Notes: a model not told the origin generated them from the sequence alone. A DNA stretch of 64,000 nt from Candidatus Pelagibacter sp. (GCA_045566095.1 JBJLEB010000005.1:5458-69457); one strand, 5' to 3'; positions 1-10,231 are shown, counted from the first letter of the stretch. Program-made: numbers and translations.

Positions 1-1091
1 CCAGCATGATAAATAAAATTTTTTTTATCTTTTTTTACTTTATCCAAATTTTTTATTTGAATACCTTTTTTATACTTACCAGGATAACCCTTGGAACATA
101 AAACAATAGTCATACAATTAGTTTTTTTCCAAGAAATATTTATATCATTAATTTGATTCGAGATTACTGCATTAAAAATTTTTAAGATATCGGTTTTAAG
201 TCTAGGTAAAATTACTTGACATTCTGGATCACCCATTCTTACGTTGTACTCTATTAAATATGGATTATCTTTTATAATCATTAAACCAACATACAAAAAA
301 CCTTTATAATTTTTTTTCTTCTTTTGAAGAGCAAGTAGGGTTGGTTGTACAATTCTATCAATAATTTTTTTCTCCAGTCTCTTAGTTAAAATTGGTGCAG
401 GAGAATATGCGCCCATTCCTCCAGTATTAGGACCTTTCTCTTTCTCTCCTACTCGTTTATGATCCTGAGCAGATCCAAAAAACTTAAAATTATTTTTATC
501 TACAACTAAAAAATAGCTAACTTCTTCTCCTTTTAAAAACTCTTCGAGTATTAATTTTTTTGATGTTTTAAATTTACCATCAAATATTTTTTCGGAAAAA
601 TTTAAGACTTCTTTTTTGTTTTTACAAATAGCTACTCCTTTTCCAGCAGCTAACCCATCTGCTTTAACTACTATTGGAAAATCAGAGTCTCTTAAAAATT
701 GATCTACATCTTTAATATTTTTGCAAATTTTAAAATTAGCTGTTGGAATTTTGTATTTTTTACAAATAGATTTCATGAACGCCTTTGAACCTTCCAATTT
801 TGATGCATACTTATTGGGTCCAAATACTTTTATCTTGTTCTTAATTAGAAAATCTTCAATCCCTTTTACTAAAGGTTCCTCTGGCCCTACAATCACTAGA
901 TCTATTTTGTTTAATTTTAGAACTTTAAGCAGTTTTTTGAAATTCAAAAAATCAATATCTATATTTTTTGCAATTAATCTTGTACCTGGATTACCAGGAA
1001 TGCAAATTATATTTTTAGATAATTGTGATTCATGTATTTTTTGGCATAAAGCATGCTCTCTACCTCCACTACCTATTAATGCAATATTCAT
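1..1091 (-). CDS. purD: Phosphoribosylamine--glycine ligase (3' end runs off the window)
   Basis: Not in the ORF track. Manual translation from ATG at 1091 gives MNIALIGSGGREHAL...VIVGPEEPLVKG...LEGSKAFMK...PIVVKADGLAAGKGV...GPNTGGMGAYSP, the PurD signatures. Confidence 0.96.
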   Translation of the reverse strand, partial: MNIALIGSGGREHALCQKIHESQLSKNIICIPGNPGTRLIAKNIDIDFLNFKKLLKVLKLNKIDLVIVGPEEPLVKGIEDFLIKNKIKVFGPNKYASKLEGSKAFMKSICKKYKIPTANFKICKNIKDVDQFLRDSDFPIVVKADGLAAGKGVAICKNKKEVLNFSEKIFDGKFKTSKKLILEEFLKGEEVSYFLVVDKNNFKFFGSAQDHKRVGEKEKGPNTGGMGAYSPAPILTKRLEKKIIDRIVQPTLLALQKKKKNYKGFLYVGLMIIKDNPYLIEYNVRMGDPECQVILPRLKTDILKIFNAVISNQINDINISWKKTNCMTIVLCSKGYPGKYKKGIQIKNLDKVKKDKKNFIYHA

Positions 1092-1123
1092 ATGAAAAGA
1101 TATATAATATATATAATTTATAG

Positions 1124-1324
1124 ATGAGTAAAAAAAAAGCTAAACTTAATTATAAACACAACTCTTTCGATATTATCGAGGACGGTACTTTTGTGGTTTG
1201 TGCTGTTTCTGGTAAAGAAATAAAGCTAGAAGATCTTAATTACTGGAATGTAGAATTACAGGAAGCTTATTATTCTCCTATAGAAGTAAACGCAAGACTT
1301 GAAAAGTTAAAAAGAAAAATATAA
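1124..1324 (+). CDS. DUF2093 family protein
   Basis: G.FV.CAVSG..I.L..L.YW.V..QEAY motif; usual neighbour of lpxK/lpxL in Alphaproteobacteria. Confidence 0.85.
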   Translation: MSKKKAKLNYKHNSFDIIEDGTFVVCAVSGKEIKLEDLNYWNVELQEAYYSPIEVNARLEKLKRKI

Positions 1325-1326
1325 TT

Positions 1327-2184
1327 CTACTTCCACCTGTCATGTGTCCATATCCATTGATTAGGATTCTTTAAAATCATGTCTTCTAAAACTTGAGATA
1401 ATTTTAATGAAAATTTAAATTTATCCTTAAAATTTGACGGTTTCAGAGGTTCATAAACTGTCATGATAAAAGCCGTTTCATTTTTTCTTTCAATAAATAT
1501 AGGAACAATATTCAAATTAAATTTTAAAGAAAGCTGAGCAGGGAGTGTTGTGGTTAAAGCATCCTGCTTAAAAAATTTAATTTTATTACCCTCACTAACT
1601 CTTTGATCTATCATCAAAGCAATACTGTTATTTTCACTAATATACTTTATTGACTCTTTTACACCTGAAAGACCTTTTTTAATTTGATTTTCACAAACAT
1701 ATTTCTTCCTTAAATATTCCATAAATGGATTTAGAAAAAAATTATTTAATGGTCTATAAATAGTTGCTAAACTAATTTTTTTTTTGGTAATTTCCATAGA
1801 CATGAGTTCAAAGTTTGCAAAGTGTCCTGAAACAAATATTACTGGAGTTTTACTCAATAATATTTGATCTAATATTTTTCCTCCTTTTATATCTATATGT
1901 GTTTTACTATTTTTAAAATTTTTTAAAAAAATGTACTCTATGAAGGTCATTCCATAGTTTGACCACATATTATCTTTAATCATATTTTTTTTTTGCTCAG
2001 TATATTGATTTGGTAAATTGTTTAAATTTTTTTCAATTATATCGTTTGATCTTATAAATGGGCCTATTCTTTTAAATAAGAATGAAAATAATTTTCTGCT
2101 AAGAGTTAAACCAATTATTTTGGCAAATAGGAATGAAAGGTATACAAAAAATGCTTCAAAGAAATATTTTACTGTTTTTTTCAT
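1327..2184 (-). CDS. lpxL: Lipid A late (lauroyl-type) acyltransferase, LpxL/HtrB family
   Basis: SGHFANFE (HxxxxE), YRPLNN, LMIDQ and P.QW.W.H.RWK motifs; follows lpxK. Confidence 0.9.
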   Translation of the reverse strand: MKKTVKYFFEAFFVYLSFLFAKIIGLTLSRKLFSFLFKRIGPFIRSNDIIEKNLNNLPNQYTEQKKNMIKDNMWSNYGMTFIEYIFLKNFKNSKTHIDIKGGKILDQILLSKTPVIFVSGHFANFELMSMEITKKKISLATIYRPLNNFFLNPFMEYLRKKYVCENQIKKGLSGVKESIKYISENNSIALMIDQRVSEGNKIKFFKQDALTTTLPAQLSLKFNLNIVPIFIERKNETAFIMTVYEPLKPSNFKDKFKFSLKLSQVLEDMILKNPNQWIWTHDRWK

Positions 2185-3110
2185 AAAAGATCTAAAATTT
2201 GATTTATAAATTCTTTTTTATTATTGATTATCAAATCATTCTTAATATATTTAATTTCATTAAATCCATAATTCTTAATTCTAAAGTAATCTTTCTCAGT
2301 AGTTATAAGTTGGAACTCATTTTTTCTAGAATTTTGGACTAGTTTTTCAATTTCTACTTTACTAAAACTATAGTGATCGGGGTAAGATATTTCTTTTTGT
2401 ACGTCAAGTTTATTTTCAGTTAATAGCTGAAAAAAATTTTTTGGATTCCCGATCCCAGCAAATGCAAATAGTTTTTTATCTTTAAATTCATTTATATTTG
2501 TAGGTGAGTATTTTGAGTAATAAATTTTTACTTTTTTTTTAACATTAAAAACTATTTTTTCAAATTCCTCATTCTTATCTCCGATAATCACAATGACGTT
2601 TGCTCTTTTGATTGAATTAATTCTTTCTCTTAAAGGCCCTGAAGGTAAAGTGAACCCGTTACCAATTAATTGATTACTATTAAAACACAATATATTTAAA
2701 TTTGTTTTTATTGAGAAATCTTGAAAACCATCATCTAAAATAGCTATATCAAATTGCTTTTCTTCTGCTTTACGCATTGCAATATATCTATGTTTTTCTA
2801 AGAATAAATTTTCAATGGAAGCTCTTATTAAATTATGTTCATCAAAGTGCTCACGATAATATTTTTTAATAATTGCAGGTTTTTTATTATTTTTAAGCAA
2901 TTCTTGTGCAATCAAAATAGATAGGGGTGTTTTACCAGTACCACCTAAATAAATATTTCCAACGCAAATAATTGGAATTTTAAACGAATGTCTATAAGTA
3001 ATTTTATTTTTTATAATGATTAATAATTGTAGCACAAAAGAAAAAGGAAGCAGTAAATAGGATATTATATTATTTTTTTTTTCCCAAAATTTAGGTTTAG
3101 TAATTTTCAT
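2181..3110 (-). CDS. lpxK: Tetraacyldisaccharide 4'-kinase
   Basis: VGNIYLGGTGKTP, LDDGFQD, LPSGPLRE, FAGIGNP..F, YPDHY and ITTEKD motifs. Confidence 0.96.
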   Translation of the reverse strand: MKITKPKFWEKKNNIISYLLLPFSFVLQLLIIIKNKITYRHSFKIPIICVGNIYLGGTGKTPLSILIAQELLKNNKKPAIIKKYYREHFDEHNLIRASIENLFLEKHRYIAMRKAEEKQFDIAILDDGFQDFSIKTNLNILCFNSNQLIGNGFTLPSGPLRERINSIKRANVIVIIGDKNEEFEKIVFNVKKKVKIYYSKYSPTNINEFKDKKLFAFAGIGNPKNFFQLLTENKLDVQKEISYPDHYSFSKVEIEKLVQNSRKNEFQLITTEKDYFRIKNYGFNEIKYIKNDLIINNKKEFINQILDLL

Positions 3111-4378
3111 TTCCCAATCATCTTAATTAATTCGTTATAGGTATCATTTAGTATTTCTTTTCCTAAATTGTCTATTATTTCTATTTTTTCATTTTTAATC
3201 TTAAACGATCTTTCTAAATCATTACTTATTTTTGTCGCTAACTCATTTTCATTATAAATCGTCTCCGCGATTTTGTTTTTTTTAAAAAGTTCATAGATTT
3301 CTTGAAAATTGTAAATATATGGACCATGATAAATCTTACAACCTAGCTTTGCTGCTTCTATTGGATTTTGGCCTCCTACAGCTTCTAGCTTTTTTATCAT
3401 AGACTTTCCAATAAAAACACTTTTACAAAGAGATAAGTAGTTCGGTATTACTCCATAAGAATTTACTATAATAATTTCTTTGTTAGTTTGTATTGACTCA
3501 CCTTCTGATAGAATTTGTGAATTTAAATTAAAATTTTTACAAGATGCCTGTATACTTTTTGCTCGATCAATATGTCGAGGAATAATAATAGTAATAATAT
3601 TGTTATGAATTTTTTTAATTTTTAAATGAGTATTTAAACAAAAAATATCCTCTTCTTTATGGGTACTAACAGCACACCAAAATTTATGATTAGTTAATGT
3701 TTTTTTATTTTTAGAATTTAAACTTATAGAAATATTTTCAGAACATAATTTTAAATTACCATAATATTTAATTTTTTTAACTTTAAGTTTTTCAAGATAA
3801 TTTTTTGACTCATTACTAGAGGGCAAACATAATTGAAAAGATTGAAAAATTTTTTCTGCAGTTTTTGGTATTAGACTCCATCTTAAAAAAGTTTTTTTTG
3901 TAATTCTTCCATTGAGAAGTATTAAAGGTATATCTTTTCTTCTAATTTCTAAAATAAAATTTGGCCAGATTTCAGAGTCAACAAATATTATTAAATTTGG
4001 CGACCAACTCTTTAAAAATTTTTTTACAAGCTCATGTTTATCAAATGGAAAAAATCTATGTATTATATTTTTTTCAGAAAGAAGTTCACTTTCAATTAAA
4101 CGAGAGGAACTAAGCGTTACAGTAGTAATTAAAAACTCGTACTCATTTTTTTTATTTAATTTTTTAACTAATGGGATAATACTTTTAAGTTCTCCAATAC
4201 TGGCAGCATGAAACCAAATTAATTTTTTTTTAGGGTTTTTATTAATATTAAAAGAGGAGCTAAATAACTTTTCTTTAAATCTAATTTTATCCTCTTTTTT
4301 AATTTGAGTTCTAAGGTAAATTATAATTATTATAAGTGGAAAAAAAATGTTAGTGAGATAACGATAGATTAATAACAT
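3107..4378 (-). CDS. waaA: Kdo transferase
   Basis: IWFHAASIGE, SEIWPN, NGRI, IIPRH..R and GGQNPIEAA motifs. Confidence 0.96.
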   Translation of the reverse strand: MLLIYRYLTNIFFPLIIIIIYLRTQIKKEDKIRFKEKLFSSSFNINKNPKKKLIWFHAASIGELKSIIPLVKKLNKKNEYEFLITTVTLSSSRLIESELLSEKNIIHRFFPFDKHELVKKFLKSWSPNLIIFVDSEIWPNFILEIRRKDIPLILLNGRITKKTFLRWSLIPKTAEKIFQSFQLCLPSSNESKNYLEKLKVKKIKYYGNLKLCSENISISLNSKNKKTLTNHKFWCAVSTHKEEDIFCLNTHLKIKKIHNNIITIIIPRHIDRAKSIQASCKNFNLNSQILSEGESIQTNKEIIIVNSYGVIPNYLSLCKSVFIGKSMIKKLEAVGGQNPIEAAKLGCKIYHGPYIYNFQEIYELFKKNKIAETIYNENELATKISNDLERSFKIKNEKIEIIDNLGKEILNDTYNELIKMIGK

Positions 4379-6121
4379 TTATTTTAGCTGGTTTTTATAA
4401 AGAGATTTATATTCTTCAGAATTACTTATTAGGTAATCATGGTTACCAGAATTAATTATTTTTCCATTTTCTAATAAAAATATTTTATCTGAATTATGTA
4501 TAGTCGACATTCTATGAGCAATCACAATCGTAGTTCTACCTTTAATTAAATTATTAATTGCATTTTGAACTATTCGCTCTGATTCAGTATCAAGAGAAGA
4601 GGTAGCTTCATCTAATAGGATTATTGGAGACTTTTTAAGTATGGCTCGAGCTATAGAAATTCTTTGCTTTTGTCCTCCTGAGAGCCTAACTCCATTTTCT
4701 CCTACAATTGTTTCGTACTTTTTTGGTAGTTTACTAATAAATTCATCTGCAGCTGCAAATTTACATGCTTTTTCAATATCTTCCTGAGATGCTTTCGTGT
4801 CTGCATAGGCAATGTTATTCTTAATTGTGTCATCAAATAAAATAACATCTTGGCTGACTAAAGATATTTTACTCCTTAAAGAATTTAAATTAATGTTTTT
4901 TGTATTTTGATTATCAATTTTTATCTCACCTTTTTGAGGATCATAAAATCTTGGAATAAGGTTAATTATGGTGCTTTTACCAGCTCCACTTCTGCCAACT
5001 AAGGCAGTAATTTTTCCACCTTCTACTAGTAAGCTTATTCTATCTACGGCTTTTTCTTCTGTAGTTTCATATTTAAAACTTACGTTTTCAAATAATATAT
5101 CGCAATTTTTGATTTCAAGATCTGGCAAATGACTTTCATTTTTTATTTCTATTGGTTTATCAACTATATTATATATTCTCTTTGCTGCCGCAGCTCCTTG
5201 ATAAGCAACCATATTAATTGTAGCAAGGGATCTAATTGGTTGATAAGCTAACATCATTGCAGCCAAAAAAGAAAAAAAGTTATTAAGACCAAGTTCTCCT
5301 GAATTAATTAGTTTGCCTGAAAAAAAAATAAAACCAGCTATCATAATTCCAGTTAAAGCCTCCATGATAGGAGTAGCTCTCAGCATAATAGCGGCAACTT
5401 TAATATTCTTATTTACTAAACCTGTGATTACGTTATCAGCATTTTCATTCTCCCGATCCTCTTTCTGAAAAATTCTAATCATTCTTGAACCTCTTAAAAT
5501 ATCATTGAAAAATACTGTCATTTTTCCTGATAATAGACTAGCTTGAGTAGTTGCCTTCCCAACTTGCTTACCTAAATTTTTTGCAAATCCTCCAGCAAGA
5601 GGGATCATAAAAATTGCAAAAGAAGCTAATTTCCAGTTTTGGTAAAACATTAATGTAACTAATAAAACAACTGAAAAAGAATCCTTCATCAAATTTAAAA
5701 CTCCAGTGCTTACAAAATGTGAGACTTGGCCAGCATCAAAAGTTACATTTGAAATATACTTTCCTGAATGTCTAGCATCTAAAGTTTGAACATCTGAAAA
5801 TAAAATTGATTTAGCAATTTTTTTTTGTAATTCTCCCGCTATCCTTTGACCTACAATATTGATATTTGTTCTTGCAAAATATAAAGATAGCCCTTTTAAT
5901 GCGAATACTACTATTATTGCAATAGGTATCAGCCATGCTAAAGTTTGATTTTTATCAATAAATATTTTTTTAACTGCTGGATCAAGTAACCAAGCAATTG
6001 AAGAAGTTGTTCCCGCAATACATATTGATAAGATTAAGCATAAAATTATTCTTTTTAAGTGAAATTTAATATGTTCTTTATATAATCTTTTAATAATATC
6101 TTTTAATTCTTGAAAATCCAT
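4379..6121 (-). CDS. msbA: MsbA-type ABC exporter (lipid A flippase)
   Basis: N-terminal TM domain plus GRSGAGKS, LSGGQKQR and LDEATSSLD; directly upstream of waaA-lpxK. Confidence 0.88.
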   Translation of the reverse strand: MDFQELKDIIKRLYKEHIKFHLKRIILCLILSICIAGTTSSIAWLLDPAVKKIFIDKNQTLAWLIPIAIIVVFALKGLSLYFARTNINIVGQRIAGELQKKIAKSILFSDVQTLDARHSGKYISNVTFDAGQVSHFVSTGVLNLMKDSFSVVLLVTLMFYQNWKLASFAIFMIPLAGGFAKNLGKQVGKATTQASLLSGKMTVFFNDILRGSRMIRIFQKEDRENENADNVITGLVNKNIKVAAIMLRATPIMEALTGIMIAGFIFFSGKLINSGELGLNNFFSFLAAMMLAYQPIRSLATINMVAYQGAAAAKRIYNIVDKPIEIKNESHLPDLEIKNCDILFENVSFKYETTEEKAVDRISLLVEGGKITALVGRSGAGKSTIINLIPRFYDPQKGEIKIDNQNTKNINLNSLRSKISLVSQDVILFDDTIKNNIAYADTKASQEDIEKACKFAAADEFISKLPKKYETIVGENGVRLSGGQKQRISIARAILKKSPIILLDEATSSLDTESERIVQNAINNLIKGRTTIVIAHRMSTIHNSDKIFLLENGKIINSGNHDYLISNSEEYKSLYKNQLK

Positions 6122-6124
6122 AAT

Positions 6125-6976
6125 CTAAGAGAAAAAAATTGTTATAAACATAAAGATGCCAGAGAAATTATTTATTTTAAAAGCTTTAAGACAATTTACA
6201 GGATTATCATTAAAGATTTTTATTTGATAAATTAAACTCAACGAGAACATAAAGATAAAAAAAGATGAAAAATTAACTCCTATATTATTTTTAAATATAA
6301 ATATTATTAGTAAAAAAGTAATCAGATAGCATATTCCGACAAAAAATTTTATATTTCCCTTAAATTTAATAGCAGTTGATTTAACACCTATTATTTCATC
6401 ATCTACTATATCTTGTACACCGTAAATGGTGTCATATCCCAATGTCCAAAATATGGCTGACAAATAAAGCAGAAAAACCTCAATCGATAACTGGTCTAAT
6501 ATTGATGTATAAGCCATTACAAGACCCCAGTTGAATGTTAAACCCAAAAATAGTTGTGGCCAGTAAGTTATTCTTTTCATGTAAGGATAGGAAAAAGCTA
6601 ATATCATAGATCCCAAACCTAAATATATTGTTTTTAAATTGAACTGGATTAAAATTAAGAATGATATCAAACAAAGTATCAGAACGTAAATCATAGAAAG
6701 CTTCACTGAAATTTTTCCGCTTGGAATAGGTCTTAATTTTGTTCTTTTTACTTTTTTGTCAAAATCTTTATCTACAATGTCATTAAATATACAGCCAGCA
6801 CTTCTCATTAAAATAGAGCCTAAAAAAAATAGAAGCAGATAATATAAATAAGTATTTAAATTTTTATCAAAACCATATGCATATGTGAGTCCCCATGAGC
6901 AGGGCCAGAAAAGGAGTAGAAATCCTATAGGTTTATTCAAGCGAGTAAGATCAATAAATATTTTTAAATGCTTCAT
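6125..6976 (-). CDS. ubiA: 4-hydroxybenzoate polyprenyltransferase
   Basis: RLNKPIG.LLL.WP, MRSAGC..NDIVD...D..V.RT..RP and YDTIY..QD motifs. ATG at 6976 preferred over TTG at 7000. Confidence 0.95.
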   Translation of the reverse strand: MKHLKIFIDLTRLNKPIGFLLLFWPCSWGLTYAYGFDKNLNTYLYYLLLFFLGSILMRSAGCIFNDIVDKDFDKKVKRTKLRPIPSGKISVKLSMIYVLILCLISFLILIQFNLKTIYLGLGSMILAFSYPYMKRITYWPQLFLGLTFNWGLVMAYTSILDQLSIEVFLLYLSAIFWTLGYDTIYGVQDIVDDEIIGVKSTAIKFKGNIKFFVGICYLITFLLIIFIFKNNIGVNFSSFFIFMFSLSLIYQIKIFNDNPVNCLKAFKINNFSGIFMFITIFFS

Positions 6977-6987
6977 GAAAATATGAC

Positions 6988-7016
6988 TTGTAAATATCAA
7001 ACACTATCTCCATAAT
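6988..7016 (+). promoter_or_regulatory. Candidate sigma70 promoter of the DUF2721 gene
   Basis: TTGTAA (6988-6993), 17-nt spacer, CATAAT (7011-7016), ending 14 nt before the ATG at 7031. Confidence 0.55.
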
Positions 7017-7030
7017 CAATTTGATTCGAT

Positions 7031-7441
7031 ATGGATATAGATTACACAGTTGCAGCTTTAATGTTTCCCGCTATTCCTTTAATGATGACTATGTATAGTA
7101 ACAGATTTCATACATTAAGTGCTCTGATAAGACAAATACATGATCAATATACTTTTGATAAAAAAGTTCCTCCAGAATGGGAAAACCAATTACATGTTTT
7201 AAACAAAAGAACTAACTTATTAAAATATACAATGGGATTTGCTGCTTTTGGATTTCTTTTTAATATGTCTACAGTATTAATGTTGTATATAAACACTACC
7301 CAAGTTGCTAGATTAAATTTTGCTGCTTGCTGTATTTGTATGATAGTTTCAATCTTTTTATTTTTGCAAGAAATAAGACTTTCTAATCAGGCATTAAAAT
7401 TTCATTTAAGTGACATGGACTCTATGAGAAAAGATTTATGA
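7031..7441 (+). CDS. DUF2721 family small membrane protein
   Basis: ALMFPAI.L....Y.NRF..L..LIR motif, hydrophobic helices, C-terminal EI.LS..AL..HL. Confidence 0.75.
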   Translation: MDIDYTVAALMFPAIPLMMTMYSNRFHTLSALIRQIHDQYTFDKKVPPEWENQLHVLNKRTNLLKYTMGFAAFGFLFNMSTVLMLYINTTQVARLNFAACCICMIVSIFLFLQEIRLSNQALKFHLSDMDSMRKDL

Positions 7442-7443
7442 AT

Positions 7444-7707
7444 TTACTTATTTTCTAAAAGATTTTTTTTGAACAAAGAGATACCTTTATTTTTTTTATA
7501 ATTATAAGACTCTTTAAAAGTATTTAGTTGCCAACCTGTCATTCTTGAAGTTATTTTCACTAAATTTTCTTTTTTCCATTCTTTTGTTGCACTTTCATTT
7601 TTCCATAATTTTTTTTCATCATTAGTTCTTGCGCAACCATAACAATATCCAGAAACAGGATCAGTTTTACAAATGCTTATACACGGAGAAATAATCTTAT
7701 CACTCAT
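7444..7707 (-). CDS. DUF1289 family cysteine-rich protein
   Basis: SPCISIC......YCYGC.RT..E...W motif. Confidence 0.85.
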   Translation of the reverse strand: MSDKIISPCISICKTDPVSGYCYGCARTNDEKKLWKNESATKEWKKENLVKITSRMTGWQLNTFKESYNYKKNKGISLFKKNLLENK

Positions 7708-8681
7708 TATGGAATTAGAATTGCTGGACCAGTTAATTTCCTGGACTCTAAATCTTGATGGGCTTGTTTTGCATCAGATAATTTATATTCTTTAACAATA
7801 TTTATTTTAATTTTTCCAAATTTGACTTTTTCAAATATTGCATCAGCACCGGCTTGTAATTCTTTTCTATTAGTAAAGTAATGTCCAATTGTAGGTCTAG
7901 TAATATACAAACTTTTAGACTGAATATCTTTAGGAACATTTATCGGATCTAAGGGACCCGAAGCATTTCCAAAGCTGACCATCATCCCTCTTGCTTTTAA
8001 ACAATGTATTGACCCTTTAAATGTATCTTTACCAACCCCATCAAATACAGCTGTAACACCCTCGTCATTAGTAATTTTCATTACTTCCTCAGCAAAATCT
8101 TTTTTATTATAGTTAATGACGTGAGCATAACCATTAGTTTCAGCAATTTTAATTTTTTCGTCTGAACCCACAGTGCCAATTACTTTAGCACCTATACTGT
8201 TCGCCCATTGAGCAAATATTTGTCCGACACCACCAGCAGCAGCATGAAATAGGACTGTTTCGTTAGCTTTAAGAGCATAGGTTTTAGAAATTAAATAATG
8301 AGTGGTTAAACCTTTTGTCATAAGCGCTGCCGCCATTTTATGAGAAATTCCATCTGGAACTTTCACTGCAATTTTTGCAGGTATGACTCTTTGTTGGGAA
8401 TAAGCTCCAATAGGCATTGAAGCATAAGCGATGTTATCTCCTTTATTAAATTCCTTAACATTAGCTCCAACTTTATCAATTTTACCAGCAGCTTCTAAAC
8501 CAATCCCACTTGGTAATTTTAAAGGATACAAACCTGACCTGTGGTATGTATCAATATAATTTAATCCAATAGCGTGATTTGTAATTTTAATTTCATCTGG
8601 GCCTACAGCACCCACATCTAAATCTTGAAGTTCTAAAACTTCAGGTCCACCATTTTTTTGAATTACAATTGATTTAGGCAT
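7707..8681 (-). CDS. qor: NADPH:quinone oxidoreductase (zeta-crystallin family)
   Basis: AIGLNYIDTYHRSGLYP, HAAAGGVG, DGVGKDTF and SFGNASG motifs. Confidence 0.93.
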   Translation of the reverse strand: MPKSIVIQKNGGPEVLELQDLDVGAVGPDEIKITNHAIGLNYIDTYHRSGLYPLKLPSGIGLEAAGKIDKVGANVKEFNKGDNIAYASMPIGAYSQQRVIPAKIAVKVPDGISHKMAAALMTKGLTTHYLISKTYALKANETVLFHAAAGGVGQIFAQWANSIGAKVIGTVGSDEKIKIAETNGYAHVINYNKKDFAEEVMKITNDEGVTAVFDGVGKDTFKGSIHCLKARGMMVSFGNASGPLDPINVPKDIQSKSLYITRPTIGHYFTNRKELQAGADAIFEKVKFGKIKINIVKEYKLSDAKQAHQDLESRKLTGPAILIP

Positions 8682-8708
8682 TTAATTTTAAGAAACCTAC
8701 TTTAACCT

Positions 8709-9551
8709 TTAGTATTTTGCAAATGTTCCGTTATTGTAGTCTTGAATAGCTTGAAGAATTTCAGCTTTTGTATTCATCACAAAAGGTCCACCTCTTGCAA
8801 TCGGTTCACCAATAGGTTTTCCAGCAATAAATAGAAATTTACTTTTTTTATTTGCTAATATTTCAAGACTAGATCCTTTTTCTAAAAGCACTAAAGTTGA
8901 GTCATTGATTTTTTCATGATCCTTTGACCCTATTTTAAGATCTCCTTTAAGCAAATATACAAATGAATTATGTGTTTCCGGCACTTTAAGATTAATTTTC
9001 TTATTCTCGTTTAATTCAATGTCAAAATAAATTGGTTCTACATTATGACCTTTGATAGGTCCTTCAATATTTTCAAATTTTCCTGCTATTAAATTTATTT
9101 TTTTATCCTGATCTTCAAATTTAGTTTTTTGGTTTGATTTAATATAATCATATTTAGGTTTATTCATTTTCATACTTGCGGGCATATTTATCCATAATTG
9201 AAAGCCCAAAAGTTTTCCATCTGACATTGCAGGCATCTCTGAATGAATTATACCCCGACCAGTTTTCATCCATTGTATATCGCCAGGCCCCATATTTCCT
9301 TTTGAACCAGTACTATCTTCGTGTTCAAACTTCCCGTTTAACATATAGGTTACTGTTTCAATTCCTCGATGAGGGTGAGGAGGAAACCCCGCTAAATAAT
9401 CATCTTTGTTTTCAGAACCAAATTCGTCTAACATTAGAAAAGGATCGATATAATCAGCCTCGGGAGTCCCAATACTTCTCTTTAATTTAACACCAGCCCC
9501 GTCGGATGCATTTAAAGCTTTTACAATTTTTTTAATTTCAATTTTTATCAT
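8709..9551 (-). CDS. Pirin family protein
   Basis: DPFLMLDEF, GFPPHPHRGIETVTY, GIIHSEMP and GPFVMNT motifs. Confidence 0.95.
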   Translation of the reverse strand: MIKIEIKKIVKALNASDGAGVKLKRSIGTPEADYIDPFLMLDEFGSENKDDYLAGFPPHPHRGIETVTYMLNGKFEHEDSTGSKGNMGPGDIQWMKTGRGIIHSEMPAMSDGKLLGFQLWINMPASMKMNKPKYDYIKSNQKTKFEDQDKKINLIAGKFENIEGPIKGHNVEPIYFDIELNENKKINLKVPETHNSFVYLLKGDLKIGSKDHEKINDSTLVLLEKGSSLEILANKKSKFLFIAGKPIGEPIARGGPFVMNTKAEILQAIQDYNNGTFAKY

Positions 9552-9571
9552 TTAATTATGATAAGCTGTGC

Positions 9572-10231
9572 TCAAATTATATCAAGTAGCTGCGTTAAGT
9601 TGCTAACCTCATTTTTTGGCTTATAATCAAGATTATCAAAAATAGCTTTATTTCTATTAACCCAAATAGAATTGTAGCCATAATTTCCACCTCCAGATAC
9701 ATCCCAAGTATTTGCACTTAGAAAAGCAACTTCATCACTCTTGATCTGATATTTTTTTATAGGCATGTCATAAACTTTTGAATCTGGTTTGTAGATGCCA
9801 ACTTCTTCTATTGAAAAAAGATCGTCAAATATATTTTCTAGATTATTATTTTTAACTAATTCATTCAAAAGAGCAGGGGTTCCATTTGAGAGTATAGAGA
9901 GTTTATAATTTTTTTTTTTTAAATTATTTAATACCTCGTTAACTTCAGGATAAGGTGATAACGTCCTATAGAGATTTAATAATTCATTTTTCATAGCAAT
10001 ATCTATTTTAAAAACTTTCATAGATTTATCCAAACTATCTTCAGTAACTTTCCAGAAATCCTTATGTCTCTTCATTAAACTTCTTAACCAAGTATATTCT
10101 AATTGAGTTGTTCTCCAAAAGTTTGCAAATCCTTCCCACTCATCTCCAATTTTATCTTTGCATTTTTCAGCGGCGGAATTTACATCAAATAAAGTTCCGT
10201 AAGCATCAAAAACTACAGACTTAACATTCAT
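9572..10231 (-). CDS. L-2-haloacid dehalogenase, type II (HAD superfamily)
   Basis: FDAYGTLFDV, WR..QLEYTWLRSL, LSNG, YKP..KVY and SAN.WD motifs. Confidence 0.9.
   Translation of the reverse strand: MNVKSVVFDAYGTLFDVNSAAEKCKDKIGDEWEGFANFWRTTQLEYTWLRSLMKRHKDFWKVTEDSLDKSMKVFKIDIAMKNELLNLYRTLSPYPEVNEVLNNLKKKNYKLSILSNGTPALLNELVKNNNLENIFDDLFSIEEVGIYKPDSKVYDMPIKKYQIKSDEVAFLSANTWDVSGGGNYGYNSIWVNRNKAIFDNLDYKPKNEVSNLTQLLDII

Noticed and set aside
721-1095. 124-aa plus-strand ORF
   Set aside because: Antisense shadow of purD, which the ORF track missed because it runs off the window edge.
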